Shown: one piece after another, positions 13,496-25,960 of the stretch
Position numbering within the stretch: position 1 is the stretch's first letter
How the letters are laid out: every line of letters starts with the position of its first letter
Notes under the pieces: model-generated
Database searches by the model: none
Told to the model about the DNA's origin: nothing
The model's input: the letters and a program-made list of their open reading frames with translations, nothing else
Program-made: the position numbers and the translations under genes
Source: Mobula hypostoma
Taxonomy: Eukaryota
Assembly (NCBI RefSeq): GCF_963921235.1
Contig: NC_086118.1
Span: 14,880,001 to 14,944,000 of the forward strand
DNA length: 64,000 nucleotides
Direction of reading: 5' to 3'

Positions 13496-16189
13496 GTAAC
13501 GGGACACCTGCTACTGAAAACTAAGTTTCTGGAAAAATTCAGAAGCAACTCTACTGTAATTACTGAAAAATTTATGGAACAATTACATGTATATGTTGAT
13601 CATGCAGTAGGAAAATTTAACAAGAAAATTAATAATTCTATGCTCTAATCCAACACCACCTATTCCATAAGTTGTAGTGGCAAATTAACCCACTAACTTA
13701 CATCTCTTTATGATACAGGAGAAAACTGGATCACATAGAGAAAACCCATGTAGTCACGGGAAGAACATGGAAATGCCACAAATTCTTGTGGGGCACAATT
13801 TTCCAGCTTTTGATAAATCTGAGAAATGACCTCTAATCCTTTCACCTCGTGTTTTGTGTGTTACAGAAAACTTGCTATACATTATTCTCTTGATTCAATA
13901 CTATTTTCCAATATGCATGCTGTATGTTACTTTAGGAAAAGTCTTGAAAATCCAAATATATTGCATCTACTACATTATCCTTCCTTTTGCTTTCAGGTAG
14001 TATTTAAAATAATTTAACAAGGTTCAGCTAGATGAAATGTATTTGTAAAATCCAGGTTATTACATTTTTAGATGATGCATTTTTTTCTGACCAGATTCAG
14101 ATATTTTTCTTTTATTACACAATAGAATACCGAACAGATTAAAAAAAAAGCTGAATTATCTCCTCAGTTCTAAATTCTAATTTCACAGACAAAGTTAATA
14201 GTGTGTGGAAGCAGGAACCTATCAGATAAACTAAGGAAATACTCAAAATAATGGCACGTTGGTTTCCGTGATAGAACAAATTTTTCTGGATCACATAAAG
14301 ATGCATTAAATTCTCTGTTAAGGTTGAAATATGAATAATTGTGTAGAGTCAAAGTAATGCCAGCATCTAGAACTTTGCTGCTGGAACACAGGTACAAAAT
14401 TGTCATGGAATGTTAGGGTTCATCTATCTACATTTGAAGTGTGAAAGCAATGATATCATGGCTCAGTTCTAAACATTACTCCATTTCCACATCTGAAATT
14501 TTCTATTCAGAGTTAAAGAGAGAGTACTGCAGATGCCGGAAATCTGATTTTAAAACAAGCTGCTACAAGTACAATCTACTCGGCAGATTATTCTGTGAGA
14601 GCAGAGTTAACTTTTCATTTAACCAGAAACATTAAATGTGCTGCAGGCAATATAATGGAGGGGGAAGTAGGGAATCTGGGTGATGGCAGGCATTGAGTGC
14701 TGCAAAGGCCATTTCATCTTCAAGCCCTGAACAGTTACCAGGGAGAGTGGAGCTATGATGCCCGTGTTCCTTTGGAAACTTTCACTGATTTATACGTAGA
14801 TGTCATAGTCAGAGTATCGGAAAGGAATACAAAAGGATTCTTGGAGGCACCAGAGGCAACAGCATGCAAAGACATCTAGGGATGCAAGATGTGCTGTAGG
14901 TGAATTTGTGTACTAAACTGCATCAAATGCAGCAGGAAGATTGAGATGGAGGAGGAAGAATATATTAACTCTGCCACTGTACCCATTCAAATATTGTAGC
15001 AGAGGTGGAAATCTTACTGGAGCAATTCTAACTTTTACTTCACAATTCAGCCTAAGCAGTACTCATGAAAGTTATGGCAGCAGAAGAATTGTTTAACTCA
15101 CTGCTGGTCGTATATTATTAATCATGTATGTGGTTAAAAAAAAATCAACTACTCCATAATTACAACATAATGGTTATTATGGGTGACTGCTTGGGCTCTT
15201 TCAGATGTTTTAATGGGCAACTGGCATCTTGCCAGAGTCTTGTCTGCTGTACAAGACGAGAGAATATGAACATGTGTCATTTTTAAATTCAATAATTGGA
15301 CACAAAACCCAACACATTAGCAAACAGGGAAAATCTTCACAGCCGTGCTTCTCCATTCAAACTGACACTGAGAAGTTACATTTTGGCAATCCCAATGTGT
15401 TCATTAAAGCAACTTCAAGGGTCACAGCATCTCTGAATGTGCTTCTAATGGGATCATTTTGAAGTGCAGTTACTTTTGTATAGTAAAATATATGACAGAA
15501 GTTTATGCACAGCAGAATCCATTACACAGCAATGATCTACTGCTCCTCCATAAACAGTGGAATGGGATCTCTCCCATCCATCTATAAGAGGCTGTCTTGA
15601 CTTCTGTTTCACATCTTATTAGGAAAGCATCACCACTGTTAGTGCAGCATTCCGCAAGATTTCAGCCAAGATAATTAATTAAAGTCTCTGAATAGGGTAT
15701 GGCAAAATATTCTATCAAGAAAGATATTTTTGACAACTAAACCTGTGAGCGATGCAGGATTTTGCTGCTCAATTGTTTTCAACAACTGATGAACAGCAAA
15801 ATCTAACATATAACTAGGACAATAACACTGCAAGTTCCTCCTCTCAATAAACACTTATGGCTGGATTCATGCAACATAAACTTCAGTGAATAATGACCAT
15901 GAATTTCTTTAGAAGAATTAACTTGAGAGTGAAGCCTGAAGTAAACTATCTAAGGCATTAAATGGAAAATTAATACTTGTACTTTCACCAAGACTTCAAT
16001 GTGGATGAAGTGTGACTAATGGGATGTTCTTGTGGAAAAGCATTTACTCAGTACTGAAGCATTGCAGTAAGCCTTCATCTAGGTAATTCATGGTCGCCTT
16101 TTTCTACAACCTTGCAGTCATCTTTCTCTGAACTGTGCATTGGAATATTTAAGGTACGTATTTGTTAAAAGAGAAGTGTCTAATCAACA

Positions 16190-16346
16190 ATCACGAGAAG
16201 ATCTGCAGATGCTGAAAATCCAAAGCAATACACACAAAATGCTGAAGAAATTAGTCATGATGAAGGGTCTCAGCCCAGAACATCAACTGATAACTTTTTT
16301 TCCCATAGATTCTGTCTGAGCTGGCGAGTTCATCTATCATTTTGTG
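16190..16346. mobile_element. Penelope-derived short repeat with internal inversion (3' terminus on minus strand, hammerhead-like segment on plus strand)
   Basis: ctgcagatgctgaaaatccaaagcaatacacacaaaatgctg is followed directly by tagtcatgatgaagggtctcagcccagaacatcaactg in the opposite orientation. Confidence 0.7.
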
Positions 16347-17849
16347 ACCATCTATTCAAGTTACCTCAATGTTATTTGTTCTCATTTTTGACGTTTTAAG
16401 TTATCCCTTTTGAATTCCATTGGGCTGAAGTTGTGAAGAGTTGTGATAGATAAATCCTGAACTTGACTTAAAAAATCTTCCTGTCTAAAAATTGTGCATA
16501 TTGAGAAAAACGAGATATACGTAGTTCTAAAATTCCACCACATATAAATATGCAATCTGTAAAAGAAAATGGATAGCCTTGCAAAACAGCCTATTGTGTC
16601 TGTTGTATAGACATAATTCGGTCCAAAGATCCAGCGCAACACTGAGACAGTGCCATTAGAAGATGCCAGTTGGTCAGCTAGAAGATCCATGTGAAGCAGA
16701 TTCCAAGCTCTGGAACCCAGAGTCCTGACCTGTGTAGCAGCTCTCTGTATGATGAAGAAGGTCTCCTACACCTTTAAAGTTTGTTTCTGTGGGAGTAGAA
16801 TGCATCTTTCGGAAGACATCCGTGCGAAAATGACAGAAGTGATACCAAGGCATGAATCGTGCAATACTCTGCATCTACACACGAGTCCTGTGGAACACCT
16901 GGCAGAAAAACTGCGACTCCCAGAAAATCACCAACTTAGATTTTTTTTTAAATTGAAATTGTATTCTGCAGAACACAAATTGCATCAATCAAGAAAGAGT
17001 TGAAGAGTAGGGTCTTTCTGCCCTCTCAGGTGGACACAAAGGATCACCTTGTTTATTTTCAACAAAGGGCTTGATGCTTCGTTGTCCACCATTACTGAAA
17101 CCAATTATTGTTTGTTGAACCTTTCTGTGCATGACTTGTCTGTGTATTTCCAATACTTATCACTGACCACTCTGTGGGTAACTTAATCTGCACTCAAGGT
17201 TTCAGCACAAAGTTGTGATGCATAATATATAAAAAGAAAAGGAATTGAAAAGGAGTTAGAATTTACTTGGAAGTTGGGAACTCGGTAGATTAAAAAGCTT
17301 TTGAACGTGGGTATCTGCAGGACAGTGCTATGAACTGTGGCACCTGAACCCCCTCCCCCAACTTAAAGATTTTGCAAAGGTTTTCCCAACAGAGCCATCC
17401 TCCAAGTTGAATAAAGATAGAAGAGTAACAAATTTGTAAATGAGCGCCGCATACTCGCAGTATTTTGTTTTGACACAACCTTGCCACAATTTGCCAGCGA
17501 CCCTCTACGTAACATGCACTCATATGGGTACAAACCTAGCGCAAAATTGCAGAAACAAAATTCAAAGACAGCTTGGAAAACATATGGTTAACGCGCTAGA
17601 AATAGAACAAACACAGCGGCCACAGATCACAGGCTGTAGTTAGCACACCGACTGTATTCTTTCAATGCACATATTTCTTCAAAACATACATCGTAATTAT
17701 TAGGCTGTTTACAGACTTTGAGTTCCAACATAAATTATTGGCCTCTTGATAACACTGGAAATGGAAGCTATTCTTCCCAGCATTTGTTAATAATTTTGAG
17801 CCTCCGCACATCAAACTCGTTCCAGCCCCATTGCCATAGCAACAACAAA

Positions 17850-18560
17850 CTGCTGAGGTTATTTTACTAACAAGCCCGGGTGGATTTCCTCCTTTGAGAA
17901 GCGTTTGCATGCTGTTAAATTGGAGGCTCAGTATACCGCTGGCGCCTTTAAAGTGGTGGTCCCTACTCGGGGTACTTACCGTGATGTGACTTTCTTTGCT
18001 CTGTCTTCGGGCGGGTGACCCCACTCCCGGGCTCTGAGGGAGAAAGGAAGAGGCATCAGTACTCATCCCTGTTCAAAGAAATGGAGCTAATCGCCAGGAT
18101 TTAACTCCTGTCACTCCAAGCCAGTTCTGCCCCAGATTCCCTCGGTGTCCCCACGTTGATCTTCTGCTGTGTGTCTCAAAACTCTTCGGATTTTGTGTCA
18201 AACCAAGACAAACTGCAGTTGACACTGACCACCCAAGGTGGCCAGCGAATCAGAGCATTGGGAAATGGGAAATTAACCAGCGTCTCCACGCAGAGAAATT
18301 CCCAATCCCAATTCACCCAAACCGCTTCAAAGCCTCTGCCCCCTTTTCCCGATGCTTCTCACTCATTAACTCCTCGTCTGCCAAATCCTCAGTCTTCAGA
18401 ACGTTACAAGGAGCGGTTCCCCTTTCCTGTCAATTAATAATACGCCTTCTTCCTCCTCCTTCTCCTCCACCCCAATAATTAGTGGATTTATCAAACCCGC
18501 AATGCTGACTGCTTGTTGGCTCCAGTCTTTTAAAAATCGATTTTAGGCAGAAACCTGGGA
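17850..18560 (-). promoter_or_regulatory. Candidate internal promoter / alternative first-exon extension of GAS7 (ATG at 18066, MSTDASSFLPQ)
   Basis: Repeat-free and locally CpG/GC-enriched. An in-frame ATG lies 33 nt upstream of the acceptor. Resembles the short human GAS7 isoform N-terminus (MSNMENSFDDVSCLSPQ, recalled). Confidence 0.5.
17980..18033 (-). CDS. GAS7: GAS7 internal coding exon (human exon 5 equivalent): SPGVGSPARRQSKESHIT
   Basis: Acceptor ctcttcctttctccctcag|AGC, strong donor ACG|gtaagt, 54 nt, phase 0-0. Aligns to human NLGSSSPSKKQSKENTIT. Confidence 0.92.
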
Positions 18561-18773
18561 AAATGTGGACTTAAAGGTTACCAGCCCTAGATTGTGTCTA
18601 ATCTTCTAAATAATAAGGACAGTAGATAGATCACTTCAGATGCCATCTATGCAAGTTTAAATAATTTTGAACAAGTGTCCTTTGGATCAGACATAAAAAT
18701 GTATATTGGTCCAATGATGTACACATTGCTGGACACTTTTCCTAGTTGGTATTAAAACAATAATACTTGAGGT

Positions 18774-19079
18774 GTGGGCACGTGACCAAGTAGTTAAGGC
18801 ATTGGACTAGCGACCTGAAGGTCATGAGTTCGAGCCCCAGCCAAGGCAATGTGTTGTGTCCTTGAGCAAGGCACTTAAGCACACCACTCTGCAACTACAC
18901 TGGTGCCAGGCTGTATGGGTCCTAATGCCCTTCCCTTGGACAACATTGGTGTCATGGAGAGGGGAGACTTGCAGCATGGGCTCCTGCTGGTCTTCCATAA
19001 ACCTTGCCTAGGCCTGCGCCCTGGAGAGTGAAGACTTACCAGGCACAGATCCATGGTCTCACAAGACTAACGGATGCCT
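18774..19079 (+). mobile_element. tRNA-derived SINE with CORE-like domain and RTE-like 3' tail
   Basis: A box TGACCAAGTAG (18783), B box GTTCGAGCC (18828), CORE-like GTGTCCTTGAGCAAGGCACTTAA (18856). The tail is shared with 63937-64000. Confidence 0.8.
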
Positions 19080-19084
19080 ATGTA

Positions 19085-19453
19085 CTTGAGGAGGATGAGA
19101 GATGACTTAATAATAGAGGTGTACAAGATGATGAGAGGCATTGATTGTGTGGATAGCAGAGGCTTTTTCCCAGGGCTGGAACGGCTAGCATGAGAGGGCA
19201 TAGTTTTAAGGTGCTTAGAAGTAGGTACTGAGGGAATGTCAGGGGTAAGATTTTCACACAGCGTGGTGGGAGCGTGGAACACACTGCTGGCGACGGTGGT
19301 GGAGGCGGATACAATAGGGTCTTTTAAGAGACGCTTATAAAAATAGAGGGCTATGTGGTAGGGAAATTCTAGGCAGTTTCTAGAGTAGGTTACATGGTCG
19401 GTACAACATTGTCGGCTGAAGGGCCTATAATATGCTCTAGATGTCTATGTTCT
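19085..19453 (+). mobile_element. CR1 LINE 3' end
   Basis: RRMRDDLIIEVYKMMRGID.., RGHSFKV.., FTQRGGSVEH; (TCTATG)-like tail. Confidence 0.85.
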
Positions 19454-20704
19454 ACTTGCAAGGGTCAATTCATGAAGCACCCTTTGAAATCAGAAGTAAG
19501 TGTTCTGCTTTATGTGGTTAAGTGTTAAACCAGATAAGTCCACATACCCTATTATTCATAAAGAATGTAATAAGCTGATGCCAGTGATATCCACAGAAGG
19601 CAAAGAGCAGAAATATAGAAGCTGCTACAAGTAACCATGTTCTTCTCCTCACCCTCCTATTTGCAGCTCTTTCTGGCTTAAATTCAGTGATCTGTTAAGA
19701 GAAAACCCATCTCAACTGTTCGAGGATTTACCAATGACCACAAAACATCACAGAGACACAAAATACAATGAGATACTTGGTCACTTTTGTCACATTTTGT
19801 TTAGCAAGAGGAGTTTGTAAATGATCTTATTGAAAGGTGGAATAAACTAAAAGGGCCATTTTGTATGTTCTTTGACAGTATTGTATTTCAGTTTCTGCTT
19901 CTGGTTCTGTGAGTATTGACACGTACAGGTTAGGGTTAGTAAATTGTGGGGATGCTGCTTTGGTGCAGACTGCCCCAGAACAACCCTCGGACTGCTTGTC
20001 ATTGACACAAATGGCGCATTTCACTGTATGTTTTGATGCACATGTGACAAATAAAGGTGACCTGTCTTAATCTCCCTTAACCAAGAAAGTAAGATAAAAA
20101 ACTGTCTAAAATTTGAGGCTTCTGGAAAGTGAAGTGCTCAAAGTAGGCAAACAGTACAGAGGTTGAAAAAAAAACATGCTTGAAACATTCACAGAATTGC
20201 TCTGCAGCACTTTGTAGAAAATCCCTGTCCTTATTTAATACATGGGCTATTAAAATATTGTATTAGAAAGCTGAAATTCTTCCAGATCTCCTAGCAAAAG
20301 TATTTACAATGTGCCAGTGAGACTTTCAAATCCTAGTATGGAAGTTCACAGAGCAAATAGGGACGAGGTTCATTACCAGAGTAAATAGAAAATGTGTGGG
20401 TGCACATATAAACATATTCCAAAGAACAGCATGAAAATGTAAATAAGAGTGGTCAATTGCAACACATACAAAATCCTGGAGGAACTCAGCAAGTCAGGCA
20501 GCATCTATGGAGCGGAATAAACAGACAATGTTACAGGCCAAGGCGCTTTATCAGGACCAACAACTTTCTCTTAGGATTCTATGACCTTGCCTATGAGGAG
20601 TCTTCACTTTTAAAAAAAACTGTATCCTCAGGCTATCATACATTGAAAGGAGATCCAACAATTTCATTCTAGAAAAGATTGGCACAAAACCAATACTTCT
20701 GGAA

Positions 20705-20942
20705 ACCGTTATCCAAAGGAAACTTTGCTATTTTGGACACATCTCAAGAGCTGATGACACACTGGAACGCACTGTGCTTGAAGGCAGAGTAGAAGGAAGT
20801 GGCTCCTGGTTCAACAACGTCAAGAAGTGGAATTCCTCACCACCAGCGATGCAAGAGGTCTGACTGCTGACAGACCGCAGTGGAAGAAAGTGGTCACCGA
20901 GGCTCCGGCAGAGTATGTCACATGATGATGATGATGATGATG
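20705..20942 (+). mobile_element. RTE-clade LINE 3' end with (GAT)n tail
   Basis: Translates RKLCYFGHISRADDTLERTVLEGRVEG..WFNNVKKW..DRPQWKK; ends in (GAT)7. Confidence 0.8.
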
Positions 20943-21540
20943 TATAGTGGATTCTGGTTAATTGGGGCAGCCACTTATTTGGGACAAATCTTAGAGAACA
21001 ATAACAAATCAAGAAAATTGCTGGGATTGCTTTGGCTTATTTGGGACACTATGATGCTTAATTGGGGCAGGAAACAGTTGCTGAACATGTTCTAACTAGT
21101 GTTAGTCACGTGCAGTTGTGTGGCCATCGTCCTGAGAGTGAACAGTCTTTAAATAGTGTCGGTTGCATGTGTTTCTGCTCAAAAGGCAGTGTTTTGTCAC
21201 TGATAGTTGGCAAGACATAAGCAGTAAGACAATTCCAAACTGTTTCTTTGACTGCCAGCTCAAGCATTCATGCTTAAAAATGAAATAATTTCACTACTTA
21301 GGAACAAGTTAGGAACTATGAAGAATTTGAAAATTTGGTGGATGCAATCATTGATAGTATTATATAAAAGCAGCCCATTATCTGCAGTGATTTTGTTCAT
21401 TGCATACATTAGATGAATTCCTTCGTCGATAACTATTAGGAACTAATACATAGTTTTATAGTACTGTATTACTATTGGTAGTGTTATAAATTGTTCTGTA
21501 TTTCATTTAAATACAGTACATAATTTATTACTCAGTCTGT
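20943..21540. mobile_element. Tigger/pogo-like non-autonomous DNA transposon (left end and internal part)
   Basis: Starts TA-TAGTGGATTCTGGTTAATTGGGG, complementary to the TIR at 130-155; the right end is missing. Confidence 0.6.
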
Positions 21541-21822
21541 ATTTTTATACCAGGTCAGGATGGATATGTGTGGTGAATGTGTGCACATATCAGGTAGTTA
21601 CATGTGATACTCTATAGTAATACACAGGGAATTCACAACAGAAGGTTGGCTCTCAAATATGTCTCACATACATACATAAAGTAAAATGATCAATGTGTTG
21701 AGAAGAATAAGATAACATTTTAAATTATCAAAGCACTGACACTCGTAAGTAAACAATGTAACTTAATGGTTTCATTATCAGCTCTTGCAACAGAGATTTA
21801 AGGGACACTAAAGTAGAGGGAG

Positions 21823-21898
21823 ATAGAATTTTGATTAAGAATTGGAGAAATAGAATTTTGATTAAGAATTGGAGAAATAGAATTTTGATTAAGAATTG
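21823..21898. repeat. 27-bp tandem repeat, ~2.8 copies (ATAGAATTTTGATTAAGAATTGGAGAA)
   Basis: Direct reading; units are identical. Confidence 0.9.
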
Positions 21899-22179
21899 AG
21901 GAGCAATTATCAATGAAATATTTACAAATGATTAGTATTGAAGGAAATTATCTCAATCACCCATTTTAAATTAGATCTAGTTCTCTCTATGTTTCAGTTT
22001 GTTTATTGACTGTTCAGATTTTTATTGTAATCTTCTGAACTGTATCCCTTGTGTAAGCTTTGAAGCTTTTGCTACATCAGTATGATCTGATTTAGACACA
22101 TTAGATTTAAAAAAATCAAAATCGGTTGTCACCAAGATAAAAGGAAGCAGAAAATGAAGTTGAACAGAATTACTGACAG

Positions 22180-23565
22180 TACACCCTCCTGACGGGGACA
22201 GTGTACATATTGAACAAAGGGGTAATGAAATGATACCACCTGCCCCATTAGCTTCCAACGTACCTGTAACCACAGTCACCTTTGCAGATCAGCCTGGAGA
22301 GTGACCCAGAAGAGCATCTGGCCCAGATGGAGTCCCCAGCTGTTTTCGAGGATCCAGTGTGCTACAGCTGGTCCGAGTATTTGCAGAATTTTTGTAAACC
22401 TCACCCTACTCCAATTGGAGGTTCCCACCTGCTTTAAGAAGACTTCAAATATTCTGGTGCCAAAGAAAACAAGGTAAAATACCTTGGCAGCTATTGCATG
22501 GTGGCTTTGACATCCACCAGCGTGAAGTGGTTTGAGAATCACATATCTCACAGATAACCTGGACACTTTTATCACTAAAACAGGTCCATGGCAGATGCCA
22601 AATCTGTGACTCTACATTTATTTCCAGATCATCCGGATAAAAAAGCTACCTATATCAGTGTCCTATTTATTGGCTACAATTCCACCTTAAGTGCCATAGT
22701 TCCAAACAACCTCATCTACAAGCTCCCAGATCTCAGCACCACGCTTTGCAACTGGATCTTTGACTATTGACAAACAGACTGCCGCCAGTAAGGACAGGCA
22801 GCAACACCTCTGCCATGATGATCCTCAAAACTGGTGTCCCACAAGGCTGCAGCCTCAACCCCCTAACTCTATCCCCTATACAGTTGCATTTGTGTAGCTG
22901 CTTTCTGGTCTAACTCCATCTTCAAGTTTGCAGGTGACTCCACTGTAGTGGGCTGGATCTCAAATACTGTTAAAACAGAATACAGGAGGAAGATAGAGGG
23001 CCTAGTGGCATGGTATCATGATAACAACATTTCCCTCAAAGTCAGCAAAACAGAAGAGCACATCATTAACTTCAGAAAGTGGGATGAAGCATATGCTCCT
23101 GAATGTATCAATGTCACTAAGATGGAGATAGTTGACAGCTTCAAGTTCCTAGGTGTAAACATCACCAATAGCTTGTCCTGGTCAAACAACATAGATGCTA
23201 TGGTCAAGAAAGCACACCAGCATCTCTATAATCCTCAGAAAGCTAAGGAAATTCAGTATGTTCCTGTTGACCTTCAGATGCACAAATGAAAGCATCCTAT
23301 CCAGACAAATCACAGCTTAGTATGGCAACTGCTCTGCACCTGCAAGAAATTGCAGAGAGTTGTGGATGCAGCTCAGTCCATCACAAAAACCAGGGGCCTC
23401 TCTGTGTACTCTGTCTACACTTCTTGTTGCCTTGGAATAGCAGTCAGCAACCTCAAAGACCCCTCCTAATTGGGCATCCTCTCTTCACCTCCCAACCCCA
23501 CCCTTCTATCAAGTAAGAGATACAACAGCTTAAAAATGTGCATCACCAAGCTCAAGAGTAGCTTC
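22180..23565 (+). mobile_element. Rex1/Babar LINE, degenerate RT region
   Basis: ISVLFIGYNSTLSAIVPN..LCNWIFD; EYRRKIEGLVAWYHDNNISLKVSKTEE..FKFLGVNITNSLSWSNNID. Confidence 0.88.
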
Positions 23566-23589
23566 AGTGAGGATCATGTTTTTTTGATT

Positions 23590-24630
23590 TCTCAAGTGGC
23601 TTCAATAACACAGTCTTCACAGCAGGGAGAAAAGCTCCATTTTATGCGGATTGGCACTTCCACTGTATCCTGGATAATGGACCACCTGACTGGCAGACCA
23701 CAGTTTGTGTGGCTTCAGAGCTGGGTGTATGACATGGCTATAAGTAGCACTGGGGCCCCACAGAGGACTGTATCAGCTCCCTTCCTGTTTACCCAGTATA
23801 CTTCAGACTTTAGATACAATACTGAGTCATGTCAGCTGCAGAAATTCTCTGACGACTCAGCAACAGTTGGGTACATAAAGGGAGGATGGGAGGATGAACA
23901 CAGGGCCCTCATGGAGGGCTTTGTCAAATGGTGTAAGTTGAATCATCTGCAGTTCAGCATTGTAGGACGAAGGAGATGGTGATGCACTTTAGGAAGACTA
24001 AGCCTGCACTGTTCACTGTTACTATTGATGGTGGGGACATGGATATGATGAGGACTTACATGTACCAGAGGGGTGCACTTGGATGACAGACTTGAGCGCA
24101 GCACCAACAACAGAGGCTGTGCACAGGAAGGGTCAGAGTCACCTCTACTTCCTGAGGAGACTGAGGTCCTTTGAAGTGTGCAGGCCTCTCCTTCACATCG
24201 TCTACCAGTCTGTTGTTGCCAGTACAATCTTCTACGTGGTGGTGTGCACATCAACACATGTGATGCCAACAGGCTTAATAAACTGATTAGAAAGGCTGGC
24301 TTTGTTATAGCAGACAAACTGGACAGACTGGAGGCTATGGTAAAACAAAGGACCCTACAGAAAATCCTGGCAATTCTGGACAATGTTTTTCAACCTCTGC
24401 ATGCTACCTTGGCTGAACAGAGGAGCACTTTTAGTAATAGACTAAGACAACTGTGCTGCTCCAAAGAGCACTATATGAGATCATTCTTACTCTCAGCCAT
24501 TAGGCTCTATAATGTCAACCTATAGCCAGGAAAGTGATGACCCCCCTCCTGTCAGACTGCTTGAGGTATCTTGTTTTTTATTCTTTCTACTTCTCTTCTA
24601 ATATTTATATCTCTGTACTTGTAATGCAGA
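23590..24630 (+). mobile_element. Second Rex1-family LINE fragment (different subfamily)
   Basis: SWIMDHLTGRPQFV..STGAPQRTVSAPFLFTQYTSDF..LQKFSDDSA; HLYFLRRLRSF; RSFLLSAIRLYN. Confidence 0.88.
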
Positions 24631-24939
24631 GAATTTGAAAAGACCTCTTGCATGGTGAAGGTGAACGCTTGATCACACAGTCTGCCCTCTCATGACCCTT
24701 GCTCTTTATTGTCTACCTGCACCAAACTTCCTCTGTAACCGTAACATTATATTCTGCATGTTATTGATTTTCCCTTGGACAATCTCAAAGTACTTATGTT
24801 TTGCAAAGATCTGTACAAGCTTTTGCATCTTGCAGAACTAAGTTTTTCCACTGTATCCAGTACATGTGACAATAACACACCAATACCAGTTAGAAGTTCA
24901 CTGAAACCAGGTTTCTCACCTTTGTGTCAAGCCCCGGGG

Positions 24940-25430
24940 TCAAAGTTCAAAGTAAATTTATTATCAAAGTACATGCCTCCTTCTCATTATTACCATTAGG
25001 AAGGGGGTACAGAAGCCAGAAAGCACACACTCTGCAATTCAGGAACTGCTTCTTCCCCCATGTCATCCAATTTATAAATGGATATTGAACCCATGAACAT
25101 TACCTCACTGCACTTTTAAAATTTCTGTTTTTGCACTAATTATTTTAACTATTTAATTTACATATATACCACAATTTAGTTTTTTTCTATACATTTATCA
25201 TGTATTGCATTGTACTGCTGCCGCAAAGTTAACAAATTTCACAACATATGCCTGTGATATTAAACCTGATTATGATTGAGATATGTCGTCATATACAACC
25301 CTGAAATTATACTCAATAGAATAATAACCATAATCGAATCATTGAAAGACTGCACCAACTTGGGCATTCAACCAGTGGCAAAAGACAACAATCTGTGTAA
25401 ATACAAAATTAAAAAATAATAAATAAATAA

Positions 25431-25490
<60 letters not shown>

Positions 25491-25960
25491 ATAAATAATA
25501 TATAGAGAACAAGAGATGAAGAGTCCTTGAATGTGAGTCCACTGGTTGTAGGAACATTTCTGTGATGGGGTAAGTGAAGTTGAGTGAAGTTATCTCCTTT
25601 AGTTCAAGAGCTTAATGGTTGAGTGGTAATAAATGTTCCTGAACCTGGTGGTACAAGTCCTAAGGCTCCTGTACCTTCTTCCTGATGGCAGCAGTGAGAC
25701 AAGAGCATGGCCTTGGTTGTGGGGTTCCCTGATGATGGATGCTACTTTCCTGCGACAACGTTTCGTGTAGATGTTCTCAATGATGGGGAGGGATTTACCC
25801 GTGATGGACCAGGTCACATGTACTACTTTTTCATTTAATGATTTTCCATTTAAGGGTACTGGTGTTTCCATTCCGTGATGTAACCAGTCAATATAATCTC
25901 TACCATACATCTGTAGAAGTTTGTCAAAGCTTCAGATGTCATGCGAATTTTTGGAAACTC
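24940..25960. mobile_element. Nested Rex1 3' fragments (plus-strand tail ~24980-25275 inside a minus-strand copy)
   Basis: Minus ORF ..RCRRKVASIIREPHNQGHALVSLLPSGRRYRSL; plus-strand LPLGRGYRS fragment with 3' UTR. Confidence 0.7.
25431..25486. repeat. (ATAG)14 microsatellite flanked by (AAAT)n
   Basis: Direct reading. Confidence 0.95.

Noticed and set aside
18774-18845. tRNA gene
   Set aside because: A and B boxes are present, but the sequence continues into a CORE-like SINE body and tail with no proper acceptor stem or terminator, so it is a SINE head.
21823-21898. CRISPR-like array
   Set aside because: 27-bp units are directly adjacent with no spacers, in a vertebrate context; a simple tandem duplication.
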